Assembly: GCA_965243115.1 (NCBI GenBank)
Contig: CBDEUD010000003.1
Span: 2,392,325-2,456,324, forward strand
Reading direction: 5' to 3'
Source of the DNA: Gammaproteobacteria bacterium
GTDB lineage: Bacteria; Pseudomonadota; Gammaproteobacteria; Eutrophobiales; Eutrophobiaceae
DNA: 64,000 nt
Below, one piece after another: positions 34,967 to 44,054 of this stretch. Each line of letters opens with the position of its first letter. Position 1 is the stretch's first letter. The notes below the pieces were generated by a model. That model had not been told where the DNA came from, did no database searches, and saw only the letters and a list, made by a program, of their open reading frames with translations. The translations under genes were made by a program, and so were the position numbers.

Positions 34967-37135
34967 CTAAGCTACTCGCTCGACCTGCACCAGGCTGTCG
35001 AACACCCTCGGGGCATGGCCCATATCGGCAAAGTCCGCGGACGATACGACGTTGGCGGTACCCTTGTTCAGCTGCCGCCAGTAGCCCAGGGATGAAACCA
35101 CCAGACCCGAACCGACGTCGTCTGTGACCTTGGCCACCACTTCGAACGCGCCGCGGTCGTTGAAGACCCGCACCTGGTCGCCTTCACTGATGCCCCGCGC
35201 CTCGGCGTCGGCTTCGCTGATCATGACGAACTGATCGCCCTGCCGTTTGATCTTGTTATCCATGTTGGCGTAACAGGAATTCAGGAAGCCGTGACTCTTC
35301 GGGGCGATAATATTCAGCGGGTATTTTTCCGCCAGGCCCGGGTTGCTCTGGGGCGATTCCTTTGACGGCACGTAATCAGGCAGGTTGTCCAGCGGCTCGC
35401 TGTTGCCGGGCTGCATCTCCTCGTACATCTGCCGGAACGGCGCGATGATGAAATTGCCGTTTGACGCGGATTCCGAGAAAAATTCGCACTTGCCGGACGG
35501 CGTGGGGAAATTGCCCTCCTTATGCGGCGCCCGCTCATGAGGTTCGCCAATCTTGACGCGTGCAAAACCGTTATCACGCAGGTAATCCACACTGAGGCCC
35601 TCACAGGCCGGCGAATCCCAGTCAACGAAATGCTCAAGGCACTCGGAATCGGACCACTTGAAGCGGTCTTCCTCAAAGCCCATGCGCTGCGCCAGACGGT
35701 TGAAGATCTCGTTATTGGACAAGACCTCGCCGGGTGGTTCGGAACACTTGGTGTTGTAGGTAAGATAGTTGTGCCCCCAGGACAGGATGATATCCTCCAT
35801 TTCCGCGCCCATGGCGGCAGGCAGGACGATATCCGCGTAGGCCGCGGTATCGGAGATGAAATGCTCGGCCGAGACCATGAACAGGTCTTCCCGCTCCAGT
35901 CCCTTGATGATCTTGTCGCCTTCCGGCGCCTGGGTTACCGGGTTGGAGTTCCAGCACATCAGGGACATGATCGGCGGGTCCAGGTCCATCTCGCCGGTCA
36001 GCGCCCGGCCGATCTGCAGGTTGTTGATGACCCGCGTACCTTCCGGAATAAGCTGGGGCTGCGAGATCACGTCCAGTTTGTAGGGATGTTCCCAGAACGT
36101 CATCTGGTAGATACCGCCGCCCACACCGCGCCAGGCGCCGGTCAGTGACGGCAGGCAACTGATGGCGCGTATCGCCTGGCCGCCGCCCCAGTTCCTCTCC
36201 ACGGCAACGCCGATACGGATGGCGGCCGGGTTGGTGGCAGCATACTCGCGGGCCAGGGTGCGAATATCATCGGCAGGGATACCGGTGATCTCTTCAGCCC
36301 ACTCCGGCGTGCGCGTGGCGGCCCGTTCCACCAGTTCCTTGAAACCGACGGTGTAGTTATCGACGTAATCCTGGTCAACCAGGTTCTCTTCAATGATGAC
36401 ATTCATCATGGCCATGGCCAGGGCGCCGTCGGTGCCGGGACGTATTGTAATGTGCCAGTCGGCCTGCCTCGCGGTGCGTGACCGGTAGGGATCAATCACC
36501 ACCAGTTTGGCTCCCCTGTCTCTGGCATCCTTGACAAAATGCCAGGCGTGCAGGTTGGTGCTGACGCTGTTGCAACCCCAGAGGATGATGTACTTGGAAT
36601 GGGCGAAGCTTTCCGGGTCAACGCCGCTGGTGGGGCCGTTGGTCAATACCCAGGCCGTTGCCGACCCTTCGCCGCAGAAGGTGCGTTCGCAAACCGTCGC
36701 GCCCAATCTGTTAAAGAAAGCATCGCCGCCGTTCAAACCATGTATCAGTCCCTGGTGTCCCAGGTAGCTGTAGGGAACGATGGCCTGGGGGCCATATTCG
36801 TCGATGATGTCTTTCCAGCGGCTGATCACTTCGTTGAGCGCATCATCCCAGGAGATGCGTTCGAATTGCTTGCTGCCCTTCGGGCCCGTCCGGCGCAGCG
36901 GATGGAGCACGCGATCGGGATGGTAATGGCGTTTCTCGTAATCATCGAGTTTTACGCACAAACCCCCGCGCGTCATGGGATGTTCCGGGTTGCCGTGAAC
37001 TCCGGTGAGTTTGCCGTCTTCGACTTCGAAGACCATGGAACAGGTATCGGGACAATCATGCGGGCAACCGCCGTAATAGGTTTCTTTCATTTGTGCAGCC
37101 ATGGAACACCCCCTTCTTGAATAATTTGCAGACAC
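34967..37135 (-). CDS. molybdopterin (bis-MGD) oxidoreductase family protein with N-terminal 4Fe-4S motif, cytoplasmic
   Basis: CPHDCPDTC...C cluster motif. 722 aa with the typical DMSO-reductase-superfamily domain order. No Tat signal. Confidence 0.8.
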   Translation of the reverse strand: MSANYSRRGCSMAAQMKETYYGGCPHDCPDTCSMVFEVEDGKLTGVHGNPEHPMTRGGLCVKLDDYEKRHYHPDRVLHPLRRTGPKGSKQFERISWDDALNEVISRWKDIIDEYGPQAIVPYSYLGHQGLIHGLNGGDAFFNRLGATVCERTFCGEGSATAWVLTNGPTSGVDPESFAHSKYIILWGCNSVSTNLHAWHFVKDARDRGAKLVVIDPYRSRTARQADWHITIRPGTDGALAMAMMNVIIEENLVDQDYVDNYTVGFKELVERAATRTPEWAEEITGIPADDIRTLAREYAATNPAAIRIGVAVERNWGGGQAIRAISCLPSLTGAWRGVGGGIYQMTFWEHPYKLDVISQPQLIPEGTRVINNLQIGRALTGEMDLDPPIMSLMCWNSNPVTQAPEGDKIIKGLEREDLFMVSAEHFISDTAAYADIVLPAAMGAEMEDIILSWGHNYLTYNTKCSEPPGEVLSNNEIFNRLAQRMGFEEDRFKWSDSECLEHFVDWDSPACEGLSVDYLRDNGFARVKIGEPHERAPHKEGNFPTPSGKCEFFSESASNGNFIIAPFRQMYEEMQPGNSEPLDNLPDYVPSKESPQSNPGLAEKYPLNIIAPKSHGFLNSCYANMDNKIKRQGDQFVMISEADAEARGISEGDQVRVFNDRGAFEVVAKVTDDVGSGLVVSSLGYWRQLNKGTANVVSSADFADMGHAPRVFDSLVQVERVA

Positions 37136-37269
37136 CCGGAATCGTCAAAAACCGGATATAGATTTGCAGTATAGTATAAATAACGGAAGTGCGCGGATAT
37201 TTCTCATTTGATTTTATGCGGTATTTGTGAATATTCTTAACAGTACTGAAACAGGAAACATCAGTTCCC

Positions 37270-37839
37270 ATGAAACGAATCATTATCGGCATGTCCGGGG
37301 CCAGCGGCCTGCCCTACGGGGTGCGCCTGGTGCAAGTGCTGGCCGATTTACCGGACATCGAAACCCACCTGGTCATGACCAATGCGGCCAAGTTGAACAT
37401 AGGTATTGAAACGGACCACAGTGTCGATGACGTAGAAGCTCTGGCAGACGTAGTACACAATATCCGGGACATCGCAGCCACCATTTCCAGCGGCTCATTC
37501 CGGACCGACGGCATGATCGTCGCTCCCTGCTCCATGCGAACGTTGTCGGCCATTACCAACTCCTATGCCGAAAACCTGCTGGTGCGGGCCGCCGACGTGG
37601 TCCTCAAGGAACGCCGGCGCCTGGTAATCATGCCGCGCGAGACCCCGCTGCACACGGGGCACTGCAAGTTATTCTACGAGGCGTCCGTTCTGGGGGCGAT
37701 CATCGCTCCGCCCATCCCGGCATTCTATAACCGCCCTGAGAGTATCGATGATATCGTCAACGCCAGTGTCGGCCGGGTGCTGGACCTGTTTGATATAGAA
37801 CCCGGAATCGTAAAGCGCTGGAAAGGCGTCAGAAACTGA
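37270..37839 (+). CDS. ubiX: UbiX/Pad1-family flavin prenyltransferase (VdcB/BsdB-like)
   Basis: MKRIIIGMSGASGLPYGVRLVQVL at the N-terminus is the UbiX FMN-binding signature. 189 aa. Confidence 0.9.
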   Translation: MKRIIIGMSGASGLPYGVRLVQVLADLPDIETHLVMTNAAKLNIGIETDHSVDDVEALADVVHNIRDIAATISSGSFRTDGMIVAPCSMRTLSAITNSYAENLLVRAADVVLKERRRLVIMPRETPLHTGHCKLFYEASVLGAIIAPPIPAFYNRPESIDDIVNASVGRVLDLFDIEPGIVKRWKGVRN

Positions 37840-37855
37840 GCCTGCTTCCGCTCAG
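37836..37855. terminator. small hairpin CTGAGC-N8-GCTCAG spanning the convergent stop codons of ubiX and the flavoprotein gene
   Basis: 6-bp inverted repeat. The only intergenic sequence between these convergent genes is 12 bp, so this is weak as a terminator. Confidence 0.3.
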
Positions 37856-39291
37856 GCAAACAGGCCGCCGGGATCCAGGGCCTGTTTAAGCCTGCCGCGC
37901 AGTTCGGCCATGCCGGCGTTATCGTAGCCGGCCAGCGCCCGATCCAGGTAGCCGGTGCTGATGTGGCTGACGCCATAGCCCCGCTGCGCCATCGTATCGA
38001 CAAGTGTCTCAAGGCATGCGGCTGCCCTGGGCTCGGCGTCACGCTGGTAGGTCAAATAGACACGCTGGATGACGGAGCGCCAGCCGACGGCAAATTCCGT
38101 CAGGTAGTCGAACCCGCTGCTGCGCACCGTGTCGCCGACCAGCTTGTTCATCTTCAGGACCTGCCGGCCGTCGATAGGACTGACAAAACCGGCATACAGG
38201 TGCGCCTGGCCCGACCAGTTGTTGAGATTGCTGAACTCCGCGGAGGGCCGGCCGCGCATCATGCTCTCCCTGGCGGCCAGCACCGGGTTGCCTGCCCGCG
38301 TCTTCAGGTCGAGCACCGCAGCGCCCTGGATACCTGAAAAGGCTCCTTTTACCATGGGCCATAATACATCGACGTTAGGAGGGGTGTTGTATAACGCGCC
38401 GTACAGGGTCCATAGCCCCAGGCCATGATCCGCCCTCAACCTGTCCAGGTCGACAGTATTTCCGCTGATGTAATCCTGCCGGGAACTGAACGGACTCGCA
38501 TCCAGCGCGGGATTACTGATAACTACCGTGTTCGGTATGATCACGTTGACCTTGAATGAACGCAGTATCTCCACCGCCTGGGCCAGGTCGCCGTTACTCT
38601 CCAGGGTAACGGCAAAAGGCTGGTAGGCAGGCGGCGCCGGCATCAGCCATACCCCCATTTTTGTCACCACACCCAGGCTGGACTGGGTAAACAGGCCGTC
38701 CAGGTAGGGACCGTAGGCGTATTTCGCCAGTTGCCAGGTATTGCTCTTCGGCATGGCGCCCATGCCCAGCCTTACCAGTTCGCCGCCGGCCAGCATGACC
38801 TCCATCCCGCACTGCATCATCGTGTGGTCCCCGTAGGCGGTATACCCGAACTCCCGGGCGGTGATGCTGCCGGCTACGGAATTCAGGCCGTTCCTGTCGC
38901 AATCCACCCACAGGCCGGTATTGTTTTCCTCCAGGTACGCATTCAACTGCGCGTAACTCACGCCCGGTTCCACCAGGGCATAGGCGGCTTTAGCGTTAAC
39001 CTCCACGATGTTGTTCATGCGGGACTGGTCGATGACCAGGATAGCCTTCTCCGTAGCGCCGCTGACCATGGCGCCGTTTGCGGCGCTGTTGGGTAATACC
39101 CACAGGGAGACCGCGCTTTCTGCGGCGGCCGCCAGCACTGACCTTAACTGTTCAATGTCTTCGGGAAGGACTACGCCGGCGGGCGTCTTGCCAAGCCGCG
39201 CGTACCCCCCCTTGGCGATAGCGTCGTTGCCGGACAAAACGGCATCACTGCCCAGTTGATCCCTCAGTTTATTAATCAGTTTTATTGACAT
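37852..39291 (-). CDS. FAD-linked oxidase, vanillyl-alcohol oxidase/p-cresol methylhydroxylase (VAO/PCMH) family, cytoplasmic paralog
   Basis: Clear paralog of the 41484-43154 ORF (EPGVSY..L..YL...LW.D....G.SV.G...E.G.GYT.YGDH). No signal peptide. 479 aa. Confidence 0.75.
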   Translation of the reverse strand: MSIKLINKLRDQLGSDAVLSGNDAIAKGGYARLGKTPAGVVLPEDIEQLRSVLAAAAESAVSLWVLPNSAANGAMVSGATEKAILVIDQSRMNNIVEVNAKAAYALVEPGVSYAQLNAYLEENNTGLWVDCDRNGLNSVAGSITAREFGYTAYGDHTMMQCGMEVMLAGGELVRLGMGAMPKSNTWQLAKYAYGPYLDGLFTQSSLGVVTKMGVWLMPAPPAYQPFAVTLESNGDLAQAVEILRSFKVNVIIPNTVVISNPALDASPFSSRQDYISGNTVDLDRLRADHGLGLWTLYGALYNTPPNVDVLWPMVKGAFSGIQGAAVLDLKTRAGNPVLAARESMMRGRPSAEFSNLNNWSGQAHLYAGFVSPIDGRQVLKMNKLVGDTVRSSGFDYLTEFAVGWRSVIQRVYLTYQRDAEPRAAACLETLVDTMAQRGYGVSHISTGYLDRALAGYDNAGMAELRGRLKQALDPGGLFA

Positions 39292-39362
39292 TATACATTA
39301 AAAATATATCTCAACATACTGTTTAAAAAAATTTAATTTTTTCATTTTCTATTCCCTAATCC

Positions 39363-39596
39363 CTATCCCCTATCCGCAGGCGGAATATTTTGCTTGTACT
39401 TCTCCGGATGGTCCGGATCGGCGCGGAACCACGCCTCCCGCTCGGCGTAATCAATCGATTCCGCGGGTTCGCTGTCGCGCCAGGTGAACGAACAGCGCCG
39501 GCAATAATATACGGTCCAGACCACTTCACCCCCTTCCCTGCCCTGGTATTCGGTGCGCAGGTGTTCCTGCGCTGATTGGCAACGGGGGCAGTTCAC
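39363..39596 (-). CDS. phenolic acid decarboxylase subunit D (BsdD/VdcD-like)
   Basis: MNCPRCQS...CRRCSFTWRDSEPAE zinc-ribbon motif. Immediately downstream of, and overlapping, the UbiD-family gene. Confidence 0.75.
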   Translation of the reverse strand: MNCPRCQSAQEHLRTEYQGREGGEVVWTVYYCRRCSFTWRDSEPAESIDYAEREAWFRADPDHPEKYKQNIPPADRG

Positions 39597-41077
39597 CGGT
39601 TTTCCGCCTCTTTCTGCAGCCGCATGATGTATTTGGCCAGGTCATCGATTTCGGCGCCTGCGGGAGGCGATACGATCTTGGCATCTCCGCCGATGGGATC
39701 GGGCGGCATGAAACTGGTGGCGTCGATGATCAGGCGGTGGCCCTTCCCCGGGATCTCCGCGGCCGGGTCGATGATCACCATGGGCATATTGGGAATGACG
39801 ATGATATCGCTGGCGCGGGTGCGCGTGGACAAGGCCCACATTACCTGGTTGAGGTCAAAGGGATCGACGTCGTCATCCACCATGATCAGGTTCTTCAGGT
39901 ACATCAGGCCGTGGGGCGTGCCCAGGGCCCGCATGGCCACCGATTTGGCAAATCCGGCGAACCGGTTCTTCACCGATATGATCCCGGTCAGGCCGTGCTG
40001 GTACAGGGCGTTCACCGCGACGACTTCGGGAAAGTTTTCCTTCAACTGGGCATAGATCGGGGCGCAGGTGCTGAGCCCGATCAGGGTATCGTGCTCGGTC
40101 CAGCCCTTGCCGATATAAATACTCTCGAAAATGGGGTCGGCACGGTGCGAAACGGCGGTCACGCGGAACAGGGGGACATGGCGAATACCGCTGTAGCTGC
40201 CCGGGAATTCGCCGAACGGCCCTTCCAGGCAGCGCCGGTTGTTCATAAGCTCAGCTTCAATCACCATTTCCGCGCCGGCAAGCACATCCAGGCCGTTGCC
40301 GGATTGGGTCAGTTCAATGGGGCTGCCCATCATCTGCGAGGCGTAGGCAAATTCCGATTCATCGTAATTTACCGGGGTGGCCGCGAACATGGCCATGGCG
40401 GGGTGGTTGCCGAGCATCACGGCGATCTTCAGCGGGACATCGTCCTGTTCCGCCATACGTATCTGCTGCGCCATATCGTGATTCGGGACAGACAACAAGG
40501 TGAACTGGTCCGGTCCCTGTACCTGGATGCGATAGATCCCCACGTTCTGCTTGGCAAAATTGTCCGGGTCGCGGGGGTCGCGGCTGACGATGTTGGCCTT
40601 GGCGATATAGAACCCGCCGTCCAGGGCATTGATGCGGTACAGCGGCAACAGGCCATACAGGTTGATATCCGTTTCGACCCTGTTTTCATGCACCGGCGCG
40701 TGTTCCTGTTTCACCCTGCTGATCAGCGGTTTGTCGGAACCCCAGCGCCCCGCCAGGTCGTAGAAAAGTTCCTTGATGCTGGTGCCTTTCGGCTTGCCCA
40801 GCAGCAGGGCTATATTGGAAAAACTGCCGTGTACTCCCACGACCAGTCTTTTGCCCGGGTAACCGCGGATCTTGTCGAATACGATCGCCGGGCCGGTCAT
40901 GGCGTCGCGCCCTGCCGCGACGACAACCTTGCGGATATCGGGTTCGGGCAGCACGGTTTCGGGCCAGGTAATGCACTGGCCGTACTCAGCCAGCAGTTCG
41001 AGATAGTCTCTTAAATTATGTATCCGCTCGGCTATGGCCCGGGCCTCGGGTGATAACGTGACGGTTTCCATGTCCAT
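39593..41077 (-). CDS. UbiD-family (prFMN-dependent) aromatic acid decarboxylase, VdcC/BsdC-like
   Basis: 494 aa. UbiD-family sequence character throughout. Flanked by the D subunit downstream and ubiX nearby. Confidence 0.85.
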   Translation of the reverse strand: MDMETVTLSPEARAIAERIHNLRDYLELLAEYGQCITWPETVLPEPDIRKVVVAAGRDAMTGPAIVFDKIRGYPGKRLVVGVHGSFSNIALLLGKPKGTSIKELFYDLAGRWGSDKPLISRVKQEHAPVHENRVETDINLYGLLPLYRINALDGGFYIAKANIVSRDPRDPDNFAKQNVGIYRIQVQGPDQFTLLSVPNHDMAQQIRMAEQDDVPLKIAVMLGNHPAMAMFAATPVNYDESEFAYASQMMGSPIELTQSGNGLDVLAGAEMVIEAELMNNRRCLEGPFGEFPGSYSGIRHVPLFRVTAVSHRADPIFESIYIGKGWTEHDTLIGLSTCAPIYAQLKENFPEVVAVNALYQHGLTGIISVKNRFAGFAKSVAMRALGTPHGLMYLKNLIMVDDDVDPFDLNQVMWALSTRTRASDIIVIPNMPMVIIDPAAEIPGKGHRLIIDATSFMPPDPIGGDAKIVSPPAGAEIDDLAKYIMRLQKEAENR

Positions 41078-41460
41078 CAGTGATCTCCTCCCGTGATATA
41101 GTCAGTCAGCAGGTCCAGTTGGGCGTCGTCGATTTCACTGTGGCGAAACGGCGGCATCAGTTTGAAGCCCTCCCGCACCACCAGTTTTACATAGTCCGGC
41201 TGCAGGTTATCCCTGTCAAGCAGCGGCGCCTGCTCTGCACTCATCCTCTCCTCCAGGCGCATGGTGCCCGGGTGGCCGGGCCCGGCACCGTGGCAGGCGA
41301 TGCAATACAAATCGAACAAGGCCTTGCCATCCAGATCGCTCATCTGCATGTCCGTATGTCCTTGTGCAGGTTCGCCTGTCCCCGCAGTTTCATCGTTACC
41401 ACACCCTGCCAGCAACAGCAGGACTGCCAGGAAGGTTGCGTATCGGTATCCGGTCATCAT
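41077..41460 (-). CDS. c-type cytochrome lipoprotein (PchC-like partner of the flavoprotein)
   Basis: Lipobox LLLLAGCGN. Heme-binding site CIACHG. 127 aa, directly downstream of the Tat-exported PCMH-family flavoprotein. Confidence 0.7.
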   Translation of the reverse strand: MMTGYRYATFLAVLLLLAGCGNDETAGTGEPAQGHTDMQMSDLDGKALFDLYCIACHGAGPGHPGTMRLEERMSAEQAPLLDRDNLQPDYVKLVVREGFKLMPPFRHSEIDDAQLDLLTDYITGGDH

Positions 41461-41483
41461 GAACGTTCAACGCATTGCGATTT

Positions 41484-43154
41484 TTAAGCCGGCCAGATAC
41501 CGCTCTTCCCCGGAGACAGGATCCCGGCCGGATCCAGCGCCTGCTTCAACCGGTGGTGCAGTTTCCACAATGCTCCGTCATTCCAGTTATAGGTGCCGGC
41601 AATCTCGTCCATGAAATTCAGGTGGGTGCGATACTCCCCGTAGCCCTGTTCGGCAAAATCGTTGACCAGGTGTCCGAAACATTCGTGGGCGCGGCGCCGC
41701 TCATCGTCATCCAGGCGATCGAAGATGAGCTGGAAGATGTTCAGGAGTTCCCGCCAACCCACCAGGAATTCACCGATATAGTCGAAGCCGTATTCGTTCG
41801 CCCGGTCCCTTATCAGGGTGAACTGTTTCATGGAATCCTCGCCGGTTACCGGTGAACGGGGTGAGAAATCGATATGCGCGCCGCTGCCTACCCAGTTCAT
41901 CAGGCTGAACTCGGTCATGTTCGGCACGCCTTGCATCAGCTTGACCCGGTAGCGCCAGGCCGGATCGCCGGGCCGGTCGCCCTCGAAGAAGAACTTTGCG
42001 CCGGGAATACTGCGGAACGCCTCTTCCAGGACTTTCCAGTTGTTGTCCATGATCGGTTCCGGCCCGTACAGCGCGCCGTAGAAATTCCACATGCCGATAT
42101 TCAGGTCGTCCGCCATCTTCTGGCGATGGCGCATCGGCATGGGGCCTTTGCCGCTGTAATACTGTTTCCTGGTTGCGTTGGGGGCCGCTTCCCAGATCAG
42201 GCCCACCGTGGTTGCAGCATTGGGGATCAGCATGTTGAGCCGCAACGGGCCCACGATCTCGGTAATCTGGTAAAGATCCTCCTCACGGGGGAAAGTCACC
42301 AGGTAAGGACGGTAACCCGGGGGTTCCGGCATCAACCAGATTCCCACCTTGGTGATGATGCCGAAATTCGACTGGGTGAACATGCCTTCAACCCATGGCC
42401 CGCAGCCGTACTTGTACAGGCTGGACGTGGTTGAACCTGACAGGGCGCCCATGCCGGTATCGACGACGGTGCCGTCTGCCAGCACCACCTGCATGCCGCA
42501 ATTCATCAGCAGGTGGTCGCCGTAGGGCGTGTAGCCGGCGCCGTGTTCCGACAGGTTGCCGAGGACGCTGCCCCAGCCGGGGGCTGCCGGGTCGATCCAC
42601 AGTTTGCTGCCGCGTTGTTGCAGGTAATTGTACAATTCAAAGTAGCTGACTCCCGGTTCGACCACTGCGTAACCGTGTTCCTCATTGACCTCGATGATGC
42701 GTTTCATCCGGTTCAGATCGAGAACAAAAAAACCGGGCTTCCTGGGCGCCGGACCGCCGTAGGCATAATTCTTGCCGGTGGAAACGGTCCACAGGGGGAT
42801 TTGGTAACTGCGGGCAATTTTCAGGATGGCCTGGATCTCTTCAACGGTCCTGGGCGCCACCGCAGCGGACGGCATGTTCGCCTCATCGGGCAAAGTGGAA
42901 TAGACGTCCCGGTAAGTCCTCAAATCCCCTTCGTCGTCAGTGAAAACCCACTTGTCACCGATGGCATGGCGCAATTCCGCAACGGCCCGGTTGAACTCGG
43001 CAGGCGTCAGAGACTCCGGCAGGGGTTTTTCAAATCCCTCTTCCGTCTCCGCCGCAGCGGTGTCCACAGCCAGGGGCACACCGGCAGCCAGGAATGACGA
43101 TTTCAGGAATTTCCGTCTCGTTACCATAAAACAGCCCTGACAGGAATACTGCAA
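41484..43154 (-). CDS. Tat-exported VAO/PCMH-family flavoprotein subunit (p-cresol methylhydroxylase / 4-alkylphenol hydroxylase PchF-like)
   Basis: Twin-arginine signal TRRKFLKSSFLAAGVPLAVDTAAAE. FAD-binding PCMH-type domain. 556 aa. Confidence 0.75.
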   Translation of the reverse strand: MQYSCQGCFMVTRRKFLKSSFLAAGVPLAVDTAAAETEEGFEKPLPESLTPAEFNRAVAELRHAIGDKWVFTDDEGDLRTYRDVYSTLPDEANMPSAAVAPRTVEEIQAILKIARSYQIPLWTVSTGKNYAYGGPAPRKPGFFVLDLNRMKRIIEVNEEHGYAVVEPGVSYFELYNYLQQRGSKLWIDPAAPGWGSVLGNLSEHGAGYTPYGDHLLMNCGMQVVLADGTVVDTGMGALSGSTTSSLYKYGCGPWVEGMFTQSNFGIITKVGIWLMPEPPGYRPYLVTFPREEDLYQITEIVGPLRLNMLIPNAATTVGLIWEAAPNATRKQYYSGKGPMPMRHRQKMADDLNIGMWNFYGALYGPEPIMDNNWKVLEEAFRSIPGAKFFFEGDRPGDPAWRYRVKLMQGVPNMTEFSLMNWVGSGAHIDFSPRSPVTGEDSMKQFTLIRDRANEYGFDYIGEFLVGWRELLNIFQLIFDRLDDDERRRAHECFGHLVNDFAEQGYGEYRTHLNFMDEIAGTYNWNDGALWKLHHRLKQALDPAGILSPGKSGIWPA

Positions 43155-43186
43155 AATTGATTTAACATGAAATTACGCTAAATTCA

Positions 43187-43274
43187 GGACAACCATAAAT
43201 TTAAAACATTTCTTAATTTATGGTTGTCCCAAATTAGGTTTAGTCTCAATTTATGGTTGTCCCAAATTAGGTTT
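43187..43274. promoter_or_regulatory. compound repeat: a 15-bp perfect inverted repeat plus two direct 27-bp repeats, candidate operator
   Basis: GGACAACCATAAATT (43187-43201) and its reverse complement AATTTATGGTTGTCC (43215-43229). The 27-mer aatttatggttgtcccaaattaggttt occurs at 43215-43241 and again at 43248-43274 (33-bp period). Confidence 0.6.
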
Positions 43275-43284
43275 CTGTGGTTAA

Positions 43285-44028
43285 TTAATCCAGGTTGAGT
43301 TTCAGGTGTGAGCCGTCACACCAGGGTTTGGTCTTGGAGTATTTGCAGCCGCACAGGGCCACGTGCTGGAACTCGTCCAGTTGGAATTGCATGGGTACGC
43401 GCCTCGTTTCCTTGTGGGAACCGTCACAGAACGGCTGGTTTTTGGAGCGGCCGCAGGCGCACCAGTAATACTCGCCCTTGTCCAGGTTCATGAGGTAGGG
43501 TGAATTCCGGCTGCCGTCCAGGAATTTGGACTTTACCCAACCCTCCTCGTACGGGCTCACCATGTTCAGCTTCAGTTCCATGGACTGGAACAGCCAGCGC
43601 CCGTCCTGTTTTACACACCGGCAGTCGTACGTGCCGCCGATCCAGTGGGATTCCGCCTCGTCGGTATGCGGGTTGGGCACGGTTGCCGATTCCCACAGGT
43701 ACCAGAAAACCGTGGCGCTGAGGCCGTCGGGAGCGATATCAATCAACGGTGAAATCATGTAATGCAATGACCACCAGATCTTCTCGCCGGCGATCCCGTG
43801 CAGGCCTTTTGCGAGTCTGTCCCGGCCATGATATTTGCCGAAGCCCTTGCATTCCCAGGTGCCGTCTTCGGCAAAACACGGACCGATGACTTCGGGATCA
43901 TTGCCGCGGTCACAACCCCTGGCGTACGTAACGATCAGGCGCTGTATCGCCTCCACGTCCTCGAGGTGGGTCAACTTGGCATCCAGTCTTTCCAGCAGTC
44001 CCTTTATTTCAGCAAGTTCTTCGCTCAT
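43285..44028 (-). CDS. NTF2/SnoaL-like domain fused to tandem CDGSH-type [2Fe-2S] domains
   Basis: N-terminal ~160 aa has NTF2-like fold character. C-terminus carries two CDGSH motifs, CACGRSKNQPFCDGSH and CGCKYSKTKPWCDGSH. Confidence 0.7.
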   Translation of the reverse strand: MSEELAEIKGLLERLDAKLTHLEDVEAIQRLIVTYARGCDRGNDPEVIGPCFAEDGTWECKGFGKYHGRDRLAKGLHGIAGEKIWWSLHYMISPLIDIAPDGLSATVFWYLWESATVPNPHTDEAESHWIGGTYDCRCVKQDGRWLFQSMELKLNMVSPYEEGWVKSKFLDGSRNSPYLMNLDKGEYYWCACGRSKNQPFCDGSHKETRRVPMQFQLDEFQHVALCGCKYSKTKPWCDGSHLKLNLD

Positions 44029-44054
44029 AGCAATTCCCTGGCCCCTGCCCCCTG

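Noticed and set aside
35522-36158. 208-aa (+) and 148-aa (-) ORFs nested in the molybdoenzyme gene
   Set aside because: Alternative frames of a confidently called 722-aa molybdopterin oxidoreductase.
37117-37175. Repeated ATTTGCAG octamer in the divergent molybdoenzyme/ubiX promoter region
   Set aside because: Only two copies of an 8-mer in AT-rich DNA, so chance occurrence is plausible. It is not reported as a feature.
39330-39380. Telomere-like ccctaatccctatcccctatcc run near the vdcD-like stop
   Set aside because: Short, imperfect, and partly inside the coding sequence (…PPADRG*). Most likely chance rather than a repeat element.
39737-41014. 425-aa plus-strand ORF antisense to the UbiD-family gene
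   Set aside because: Fully nested in a confidently assigned gene. Its Gly/Arg/His-rich composition is typical of GC-rich antisense translation.
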